Positions 9,126-16,608 of a stretch of 50,657 nucleotides of DNA are shown piece by piece (positions within the stretch are counted from its first letter, which is position 1; each line of letters starts with the position of its first letter). A program made the position numbers and the translations under genes. The notes beneath the pieces were generated by a model, which was not told where the DNA came from, did no database searches, and was given only the letters and a program-made list of their open reading frames with translations. Origin of the DNA: Candidatus Eiseniibacteriota bacterium (GTDB taxonomy: Bacteria > Eisenbacteria > RBG-16-71-46); the NCBI GenBank assembly GCA_023249845.1, contig JAHFBW010000002.1, positions 1 to 50,657 of the forward strand, given 5' to 3'.

Positions 9126-9773
9126 CTAACGATAGAACGCCTTCACCCTCCCCCAGGTCGTCGTGCTCGCCGGCGTCGCGGCATCGAGGCAGACCTCGAA
9201 GATGATCGAGCGGTCGCGGGAGGCCGTGAACGACCAGGTCTGGCCGTTGTCGTAGCTGTAAAAGAAGTCGTTCGCACCGCTCGCCGCCGCGTCGCACGGC
9301 GGGAAAGCTGCGAGAATGCTGATGATCTGCGGCGGGTCGTTCGCGAAGACGATCGCGTAGCGGGTGCCCGCGCCGAGGACGATGTTCTGCGGCGCGAGGT
9401 TCGCACTGTAGAACACGCCGGGCGTGTACGGCGCGCCAGCCACCGTGGCGCTTCCGAGTACCGTCGTCGTTGGCAGGCCGTTCAGCGTCGTCCGGATCTC
9501 GACGAGTGCGCCGACCGGGCCGTACGACTCGAGCCCCAGACGGAGGGAAGAGAGCACCCCCGTGAACTTCGGCGTGAAGGTCTGCCCCGCATAGAAGCCA
9601 ATGCCGGCGCCGTAGCCGGCGGCGTATTGCCCCGCGCCCCAGTAGGGCGTCACACAGCCGGCGGCGGCGCAATCCGGGGCGGTCGGCGCGGGGTTAGCGG
9701 CGCGCGCGGCGAGCGGGAGGACGCAGAGGACCGCGAGGAAGAGCCAAGACGAGCGGAGACGTCGGCGACTCAT
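9126..9773 (-). CDS. secreted hypothetical protein ending in the TTWGRVKAFYR motif
   Basis: The ATG at 9773 gives the signal peptide MSRRRLRSSWLFLAVLCVLPLAARA. The C-terminal motif is shared with 6216-6992. Confidence 0.7.
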   Translation of the reverse strand: MSRRRLRSSWLFLAVLCVLPLAARAANPAPTAPDCAAAGCVTPYWGAGQYAAGYGAGIGFYAGQTFTPKFTGVLSSLRLGLESYGPVGALVEIRTTLNGLPTTTVLGSATVAGAPYTPGVFYSANLAPQNIVLGAGTRYAIVFANDPPQIISILAAFPPCDAAASGANDFFYSYDNGQTWSFTASRDRSIIFEVCLDAATPASTTTWGRVKAFYR

Positions 9774-9861
9774 GCGGGGGCTCCCGGGCTCGAAGGTGGG
9801 CAGTGGATGCGCCTCGACGTCGCGGAGCATAGCCGCTCCGCGCGCCCCGGGCACGGGATCT

Positions 9862-10251
9862 CTACCCGCCGTTCCCCTCCTCCACGTCCTCATCGCGAAC
9901 CCGGCCTCCTCGCTCGAGCGCGGCCAGGTACTCGGCGATCAACTCACGTGCCTCGTCGGCGTCCTCGGGTCGCACGAGCAGTTCTCCCCAGGCGCTGGTG
10001 CCCCAGTCGCGGCGCACGTCGCCGTAGCCCGGGAGCGTGGCGCTCCTCAGATGCACGCGTACGCCATGGTGCTCGAGCACGCCGGCGAGCAGCGCTCCCG
10101 CCGCGGCATCGGGCACGCGGTGGACGATCACGGGCGATCCCGGCGGCGGCGGACGTGAATCCACGAGCAACGCCCGGCAGTTCGGGCACGCCACCGTGCC
10201 GGCCTCGTAGTGCTCGCCACATTCGGGGCACCAGCCCCCGGGGGTCTCCAT
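9862..10251 (-). CDS. zinc-ribbon plus DUF2007-like small protein
   Basis: It starts METPGGWCPECG...CPNC (CxxC...CxxC), then has a short alpha/beta domain and an acidic tail. The ATG at 10251 is preceded by GGAG. The upstream ORF extension lies inside a repeat element. Confidence 0.6.
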   Translation of the reverse strand: METPGGWCPECGEHYEAGTVACPNCRALLVDSRPPPPGSPVIVHRVPDAAAGALLAGVLEHHGVRVHLRSATLPGYGDVRRDWGTSAWGELLVRPEDADEARELIAEYLAALERGGRVRDEDVEEGNGG

Positions 10252-10252
10252 G

Positions 10253-10530
10253 CTAGGCTCCGTTTGAGAACGCCACGCGAGCGCGTTGGGGGCGCCGGCG
10301 GGCCATTCGCAAGGAGCACCGACGAGGCAGTGTTCCAGCACACGCCGAGGAGGTGCGACGCCGCGAATGCCCCGCCGCCGCCCCCAACCCGAAGGGCCGG
10401 GCAGGAAGGCGCCACCGGGCTGCGTCACTCGTCGTCGACAGCCGAGACAAGGCTTGTCTCCTCCTCGTTCCTTGCGCGGTGGTGCTTTCCGGCCCGGCGC
10501 GCTCGTGCGGCGTTCTCAAACGGAGCCTAG
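10253..10530. mobile_element. 278-bp non-coding element with 22-bp perfect terminal inverted repeats (MITE-like)
   Basis: CTAGGCTCCGTTTGAGAACGCC (10253-10274) is the exact reverse complement of GGCGTTCTCAAACGGAGCCTAG (10509-10530). The repeat extends to about 33 nt with 2 mismatches. It fills the entire intergenic space. Confidence 0.55.
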
Positions 10531-11732
10531 GCCCGTGCGCCGGCGCCGGCGTGCTGCGCGATGCGCTTTGCCGCCTCGGCCACGTCCTCGGCGCGCGTGG
10601 CGAGCGAGAGCCGCACCCAGTCGCCGTACTCGGGTCCGAACGCCGTGCCCGGCAGTGCCGCCACGCCGAAGCCCAGCCATTCGTCGATCATGTCCCACAG
10701 GTCGCGACCGTTGCGCGCTGCCGCGACGTTGGCGAACGCGTAGAACGCCCCCTTGGGCACCGGCGCGCGCACCGCGCTGCCGCCCGCGAGCCCGTCGAGC
10801 AACAGCCGGCGGCGCTCGTCGTAGGCCGCGCGCATGTGGTGGACGGCCTCCTGTGAGCCGGTCACGGCCTCACGCGCTGCGATCTGCGAGGCGGGGAACA
10901 CGCCGTGCGTGGTGTAGAACGCGAGCAACGGCCCGAACACGCTGCGCACCGCAGGCGGCGACACGACGTAGCCCACGCGCCAGCCGGTCATCGCGTAAGT
11001 CTTCGAGAATGTGAACACCGAGATCGTGCGCTCGGCCATGCCCGGGAGCGAGCCGAGCGAGACATGCTTCGCGCCGTCGTACGTGAGGTGCTCGTATGCC
11101 TCGTCCGAGATGACATAGAGGTCTCGCTCGATCGCCACCTCGGCGAGTGCCGCGAGATGCTCGCGGGAGAGCACCGCGCCGGTGGGGTTGTTCGGCGTGT
11201 TCAAGTAGATGCCGCGCGTCGCGGGGGTCAGCGCGGCGCGCAGGTGGGTCGCGAACTCGGCGGGCGTCCACACACCCGAGAGGAGCTCTAGGTACACGGG
11301 CAGCGTGCGGTAGCGCGCGCCTGACGCGAAGCCCACGAGCTTCGGGATGGCCATCCAGTGCGGAGACAGCACGAGCAGTTCGTCCTCGGCCGAGAGCAGG
11401 CACTGCATGGCGAGGTAGAGCCCGTGCGTGCCGCCCGCGGTGACGACGATGTCGTCCACGTGGGTGCTGAGACCGTTCTCCCGCGCGAGCTTCTGTACGA
11501 GGACTTCGCGAAGCGAGATCTCTCCGCGCTGGTCGGGGTAGTGCGTGTAGCCGTCGCGCGCCGCCTTCGCCAGCGCTTCCACGATGTGCGGCGGCGTGTC
11601 GAAGTCGGGCTCGCCGCGCTCCAGGTGCAGCACGCGCTCGCCGGCGAGTTCACGCGCGCGCGCCGCGGCCATGACGCGGCCCAATTCGGATGTCATGCGG
11701 AGCACAGGTCGATCGGCGATGAGACGAGGCAT
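10527..11732 (-). CDS. pyridoxal-phosphate-dependent aminotransferase, class I (aspartate aminotransferase-like)
   Basis: Motifs NTPNNPTG and FSKTYAMTGWRVGY (PLP lysine) are present. The ATG at 11732 has an AGGAG RBS. Confidence 0.9.
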   Translation of the reverse strand: MPRLIADRPVLRMTSELGRVMAAARARELAGERVLHLERGEPDFDTPPHIVEALAKAARDGYTHYPDQRGEISLREVLVQKLARENGLSTHVDDIVVTAGGTHGLYLAMQCLLSAEDELLVLSPHWMAIPKLVGFASGARYRTLPVYLELLSGVWTPAEFATHLRAALTPATRGIYLNTPNNPTGAVLSREHLAALAEVAIERDLYVISDEAYEHLTYDGAKHVSLGSLPGMAERTISVFTFSKTYAMTGWRVGYVVSPPAVRSVFGPLLAFYTTHGVFPASQIAAREAVTGSQEAVHHMRAAYDERRRLLLDGLAGGSAVRAPVPKGAFYAFANVAAARNGRDLWDMIDEWLGFGVAALPGTAFGPEYGDWVRLSLATRAEDVAEAAKRIAQHAGAGARA

Positions 11733-11923
11733 CACACGCTCCTGACGAGTGGAATGGAAATCGTGGGAGGCTGGCTTCGTCCACTGTAGGAGTTTTCCCA
11801 GCTGGCCGCACCGACCGGGCGACATGCGCGCACGGGGCGAATCGCACCCTCGAGCCGGGCACGAGCATTGCCTTGCCGGGGCGGACGATCCGTCGCGCGC
11901 ACCAGCAACGGGGGGAACGCATC

Positions 11924-13414
11924 ATGCCGAAGATCCATCTCAGGGACGTCTGCGATCAGCTCTCCGCGGCTGGCGATGTCGAAGGGGTCATCGACGCACT
12001 GCTGTCGTATCTCCGCGCTTATCAAGGGGATTGGCACCCGAGCCTGGCCCAGGTGGATACCCAGCGCGAGGTCGTGACGCGCGTCTGGCAGCGCGAACGC
12101 GGCCGATTGGACCGCCGTGACGTGGTGCTGCCGGTGGACCAGCTGCCCGCCCGCCTCGTGCGAAAGTTCTTCCGGCCGAGTGCATTCTTCAACGCCGCCG
12201 AGCGTCGTTCGCTCCTCTCCCGTGTCTTCCGGACCACACCTGTGTACGAGCCGGACCGGTTCGAGGCCACGCAGGTGCGTCCGCTCGTGGCTCCGGTGGC
12301 CTGGCACTCCTGCATCATCGTGCCGCTGGCCGATCAGGACGACCTGCTCGGCCTGCTCGTGCTGGTCTCGCCTCGCCGGAACGCGTTCCCGGGCCTGGCC
12401 GTGGAGACCGTGCTCGCCATGCGCACCATGGCCGCCGTGGCCATTGCAAGGCGCCTGCACTCGGAGGGTCGGATGACCCCCGAGACGCGCGTGGCCGAGG
12501 ATCAGTCACGCCGCGTGCAGGGCGCGTTCCAGGAGCGCGTGCGTCAGCTCGAGGCCGAGGCCACGACGCTGGCGCAGGACAACCGCTTGAAGTCGGAGCG
12601 CATCGAGATCCTGTCTCGCGAGCTGGACCGGCTCCAGCACACCGCACATGGTGAGCGCGCCGAGCTGGAGGTGCTCAGGCAGCAGCTTCATGCCCTGGAG
12701 GAACAGGGCGAGGCGGCCGGCCAGCATCTGCACGACGCATTCTCGCAGCTCGCCATCGTGCAGCAGCGCCTGAACGAGCAGCACGAGACCATGGAGTTCC
12801 TGCGCGAGGTGTTCGAGGTGTCCAGGGAGGAGCACGACCCCTCGCTCCTGTCACGCGCGCTGGTGCAGCGCTTCTGCGACGCGTTCGACGTGGATCGCTG
12901 CAGCCTCATGCGCGTGGACGACCAGGTGCTGCAGATCGCCGCGCATCGCGGCATGGACCCCACCGTGGCCGGAAGCGTCCGCCTGCCGCTCGGGCAGGGC
13001 GTGGCCGGCTGGGTGGCGCATCACCGGAAGCCCGTGCTCGTGCGCAAGGGCGGTGACGCCACGCCCGTGCGCCCGACCGGGGTGGATCACTACAACTCCG
13101 ACTCGTTCGTGTCGGTGCCGCTCGTGCATCGCAACCGGCTGCTTGGTGTGTTGAACCTGAGCAACAAACGGGACGGCAAGGCATTCGACGAGACGGACCT
13201 CGATCGCGCCATGATGGCGAGCGCCGTGATGTCGCTGGCCATGGGCGTGCGCGATGGCGCGCAGGACCCGGCCCCGGTGACCATGGCGCAGGCGGTGTAC
13301 ACGGACCCGCCGGTCACGCTCAGCGAACCCGTGGAGCTGGAGTCGCCGTCGGAAGCGGCGCGGCCGGTCTCCACCGAGCAACGCGAACTGAATCCCTTCG
13401 AACTGCGCGGCTAG
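11924..13414 (+). CDS. GAF, coiled-coil, GAF domain protein with no recognisable output domain
   Basis: The second GAF region reads FDVDRCSLMRV...GQGVAGWVA...VSVPL...LLGVLNL. A central heptad-rich segment separates the two GAF regions. I use the ATG at 11924 (MPKIHL). Confidence 0.75.
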   Translation: MPKIHLRDVCDQLSAAGDVEGVIDALLSYLRAYQGDWHPSLAQVDTQREVVTRVWQRERGRLDRRDVVLPVDQLPARLVRKFFRPSAFFNAAERRSLLSRVFRTTPVYEPDRFEATQVRPLVAPVAWHSCIIVPLADQDDLLGLLVLVSPRRNAFPGLAVETVLAMRTMAAVAIARRLHSEGRMTPETRVAEDQSRRVQGAFQERVRQLEAEATTLAQDNRLKSERIEILSRELDRLQHTAHGERAELEVLRQQLHALEEQGEAAGQHLHDAFSQLAIVQQRLNEQHETMEFLREVFEVSREEHDPSLLSRALVQRFCDAFDVDRCSLMRVDDQVLQIAAHRGMDPTVAGSVRLPLGQGVAGWVAHHRKPVLVRKGGDATPVRPTGVDHYNSDSFVSVPLVHRNRLLGVLNLSNKRDGKAFDETDLDRAMMASAVMSLAMGVRDGAQDPAPVTMAQAVYTDPPVTLSEPVELESPSEAARPVSTEQRELNPFELRG

Positions 13415-13594
13415 CCGGGATCATTCATGAACCGTGAATCGAGAGGGACGGATGTCCGTGAAGCGCAAGGCGAAGGCTTGGCCCGCGACGGAGTCGTGTC
13501 GGTGACACGTCGCAGGAGCGGTCCAAGCCTTCAACGCGACGATTCATGCGCAGCCGGCCCGCGCAGGCCAAGGGCTCTTGAATGATCCCGGCTA
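13412..13594 (+). mobile_element. 183-bp MITE-like palindromic element, copy A
   Basis: The terminal inverted repeats are TAGCCGGGATCATTCA and TGAATGATCCCGGCTA, and the interior is self-complementary. Homologous copies lie at 35180-35362 and 24961-25142. Confidence 0.7.
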
Positions 13595-14125
13595 AGGACT
13601 CGCTCGCCCTTGGCTCGCGTCACCGTCCAGGCGCTCACGCAGTTCGGTGAGCGCCTGACGGTGTGAAGCGAACGCGATGTCCTCTGGCAGTTGGTCGAGC
13701 GGGAACCAGGCCAGTTCGATGGCGTCGTCTCCCGCCCGCGGCTCGCCACCCGTCGTGATGCCGCTGTAGAGGATGAGCACCGCGCGCACGCGCGGATCGT
13801 CGAAGCCGGCGTAGACACCGAACAGCCCGGTGATCTGCGCGATGACGCCGGTCTCCTCCTGGAGCTCGCGCACGGCGCTCTGTTCGGGGTGCTCGCCCGC
13901 CTCCATGAAGCCCGCCGGCAGGCACCACGCGCCCGCGCGCGGATCCCAGCGGCGGCGCACGAGCAGCACGCGTCCGGTCTCGACGAGGATGACGCCAGCC
14001 GCGGGCACGGGATTCCGGTACCAGACGTAGCCGCACGTGGGGCATGTGGGCCGGATCATCCCGTGATCGTCGGCCGACGCCATCGGCGTGGCGCAGCGCG
14101 GGCAGTACGTCGGCGTGAACGGCAT
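13592..14125 (-). CDS. NUDIX hydrolase with N-terminal zinc ribbon
   Basis: The zinc ribbon is CPRC...CPTC and the Nudix box is GFMEAGEHPEQSAVRELQEETG. Confidence 0.85.
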   Translation of the reverse strand: MPFTPTYCPRCATPMASADDHGMIRPTCPTCGYVWYRNPVPAAGVILVETGRVLLVRRRWDPRAGAWCLPAGFMEAGEHPEQSAVRELQEETGVIAQITGLFGVYAGFDDPRVRAVLILYSGITTGGEPRAGDDAIELAWFPLDQLPEDIAFASHRQALTELRERLDGDASQGRASP

Positions 14126-14254
14126 GGGGCGGGGAGTGTAGTGGAGCCTCGCCGCCGCGGCACGCGCGGGACGTATCGGCCGCGGTCATCGCGGCGTCCC
14201 GTCGCAAGCTCATCACGCCTACGGTACGCTCCGACTCCCGTGGAGGGCGCGTCC

Positions 14255-14635
14255 GTGCCCGTGAACGAGACGTTCGGATGGATATGGATGCTGGCGGGAG
14301 TCGTCACCGGGCTCCTCATGGGATTGCGCTTCCACGAGGAGTCCTGGCTCGGGGGATACACGTCTCATCCCCGCCGGCTCCTGCGCCTCGGCCACATCTC
14401 GTTCATGGGCCTCGGCATCCTGAACCTGCTGTTCGCGATGAGTGCCGCGCGCTCGGGCCTTGGGCCCGGCGGGCTTGGGATCGCGTCCTGGGCCATGGTC
14501 ATCGGCGGCATCACCATGCCGGCGTGCTGCGCGCTCGTGGCCTGGCGCAAGTCGCTGCACTTCGTGTTCGCCGTGCCGGTCGCGAGCCTGTTCGTGGGTG
14601 TCGGGCTCGTCGCATGGGGCATGGTGACTCGATGA
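14255..14635 (+). CDS. small 4-TM membrane protein (hypothetical)
   Basis: A GTG at 14255 lies 7 nt after GGAGGG, with an alternative ATG at 14288. The product is hydrophobic, and its stop overlaps the next start (ATGA). Confidence 0.5.
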   Translation: MPVNETFGWIWMLAGVVTGLLMGLRFHEESWLGGYTSHPRRLLRLGHISFMGLGILNLLFAMSAARSGLGPGGLGIASWAMVIGGITMPACCALVAWRKSLHFVFAVPVASLFVGVGLVAWGMVTR

Positions 14636-15978
14636 AGATCGGCCTCATCGCGCTCTCCGGCGTGCGCGCCGCGAATCCAAAGCTCACCGAGGTCGGCCTC
14701 ACATTGCCGGGCTTCGTCGAGCGGAGCCGCGTCATCGCGTCGCTCCCGAGTCTGTCGCTGCTCACGCTCGCCGCGCTCACCCCGCTCGACGTGGAGCTCG
14801 AGTACCACGAGGTGCGTGACTTGGGCGAAGATCCGCCCGCCGACGGCTTCGACCTTGTCGCGCTGGCCTCGTACTCGGCGCAGATCCTCGAGGCGTACAG
14901 GATCGCGGATCGGTTCCGCGCACGCGGTGTTCCCGTGGTGATGGGCGGCCTGCACGTGAGCATGCTTCCCGGGGAGGCGCTCGCCCACGCGGATGCGGTG
15001 GTGGTCGGCGAGGGCGAGCGGTCATGGCCGCGCGTTGTCGAGAACTTTCGCCGCGGCGCACTGCGTCGTGAGTACCGGCCGGATCCCGGGGACTGGTACG
15101 ACCTGGCGGAGTCGCCGGTCCCGCGCTACGACCTGCTCGACCTGGCGCGCTACAACCGCCTCACGGTGCAGACCAGCCGCGGCTGCCCGCACCGCTGCGA
15201 CTTCTGCGCCAGCTCCATCCTGATCACGCCCAAGTACCGGGTGAAGCCCGTCGAGCGCGTGCTGGACGAGATCCACGCCATCCGCGACCGCTGGCCGCAC
15301 CCGTTCATCGAGTTCGCCGACGACAACAGCTTCATCGTGCGCACGCATGCCAAGGAACTGCTGCGTTCGCTGCGCGCGGAGCACGTCAAGTGGTTCACCG
15401 AGACGGATGTCTCGATCGCCGACGATCCCGAGCTGCTCGATCTCATGTGCGAGAGCGGCTGCCGGCAGGTGCTGATCGGGCTCGAGAGCCCGGAGCCGCT
15501 CGGGCTGGAGGGCATCGAGACACGGCGCAATTGGAAACGCGAGCAGCTCGAACACTACGAGCCGGCCATCCGCACCATCCAGTCGCACGGCATCACCGTG
15601 AACGGCTGCTTCGTGCTCGGGCTGGATGGGCACACGTCCGCGATCTTCGACTCGGTTTACGAGTTCGTGGAGCGCACCGGGCTCTACGAGGTCCAGATCA
15701 CGGTGATGACACCATTCCCGGGGACACCGCTCCACGCCCGGCTCCGGCGCGAGGGCCGGCTGCTCGAGGACGGAGCGTGGGACCGGTGCACGTTGTTCGA
15801 CGTGAACTTCGTTCCCACAGGCATGACGCCTGATGAACTTCAATGGGGCCTCGTCGAGCTCGGGCGGCGCCTGTACCGCACCGAGCTCATCGAAGCCCGC
15901 CGCGTGCGGTTCATTCGCGAGTTGCGCGCCAGGCGGCGATCGTCGTCCGGCGCCGGAGACCTGGAGGCCACGACATGA
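14632..15978 (+). CDS. B12-binding-domain radical SAM protein
   Basis: The N-terminus has a Rossmann-like B12-binding region (MKIGLIALSG...VVMGG). The CxxxCxxC cluster is SRGCPHRCDFCAS. The C-terminal part resembles the DUF4070-type region. Confidence 0.9.
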   Translation: MKIGLIALSGVRAANPKLTEVGLTLPGFVERSRVIASLPSLSLLTLAALTPLDVELEYHEVRDLGEDPPADGFDLVALASYSAQILEAYRIADRFRARGVPVVMGGLHVSMLPGEALAHADAVVVGEGERSWPRVVENFRRGALRREYRPDPGDWYDLAESPVPRYDLLDLARYNRLTVQTSRGCPHRCDFCASSILITPKYRVKPVERVLDEIHAIRDRWPHPFIEFADDNSFIVRTHAKELLRSLRAEHVKWFTETDVSIADDPELLDLMCESGCRQVLIGLESPEPLGLEGIETRRNWKREQLEHYEPAIRTIQSHGITVNGCFVLGLDGHTSAIFDSVYEFVERTGLYEVQITVMTPFPGTPLHARLRREGRLLEDGAWDRCTLFDVNFVPTGMTPDELQWGLVELGRRLYRTELIEARRVRFIRELRARRRSSSGAGDLEATT

Positions 15979-16370
15979 TCCCCGCCTGGATTCGCCCGCT
16001 GTTCGTGTTGGCCGCCCTGTACGACATCGTGCTCGGGGTCGTGCTCGGGCTCGCTTTCAAGCCGATCATGAATCGCTTCGGCATTGTTCTTCCCAACCAC
16101 GATGCCTACGTGCAGCTTCCCGCTGCATTCGTCGTCGTGTTCGGGATCGGCTTCGGCCTCGTCGCCGCCGCGCCGAAGGCGCGGAGAGATCTCATCCTGC
16201 TCGGGATCCTCATGAAGCTCGCCTACTCCGGCGTCGTGCTCGCGCACGCTGCGGCCGGGAACATGCCAGTCCTGTGGGTCTGGTTCGCGTACGCGGACCT
16301 GGCCTTCCTGGTGGCGTTCGTGGCCGCGTGGCGCGCGCTCGGGCCCGGCGAGGCGCCGCGGCCAGCCTGA
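15975..16370 (+). CDS. small 4-TM membrane protein (hypothetical)
   Basis: The ATG at 15975 overlaps the radical SAM gene's stop (ATGA). The 131-aa product is hydrophobic. Confidence 0.6.
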   Translation: MIPAWIRPLFVLAALYDIVLGVVLGLAFKPIMNRFGIVLPNHDAYVQLPAAFVVVFGIGFGLVAAAPKARRDLILLGILMKLAYSGVVLAHAAAGNMPVLWVWFAYADLAFLVAFVAAWRALGPGEAPRPA

Positions 16371-16400
16371 GCTCGGTCACACCGAGCGACCGAAACGCGA

Positions 16401-16435
16401 ACCGCCGGTCCGACAGCATCGATCGGACCGGCGGT
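16401..16435. terminator. 13-bp GC-rich hairpin between convergent genes (possible terminator)
   Basis: ACCGCCGGTCCGA (16401-16413) pairs with TCGGACCGGCGGT (16423-16435). There is no clear T-tract. Confidence 0.3.
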
Positions 16436-16608
16436 GCATCACCGATTCGTGGGGGCGCCGCGCTGCACCATCCGAACCCTTTCGCCCCATGCTGGCACCT
16501 GACGGTGCGGTCGGATGGAACGACGCCCCCCCGAGACGGCGGCCGGGGCGGATACCGGGGCGCGAACACCGCGCCGAGGGGACGCCGCTCGGAACGCTGC
16601 CTCTTCCG

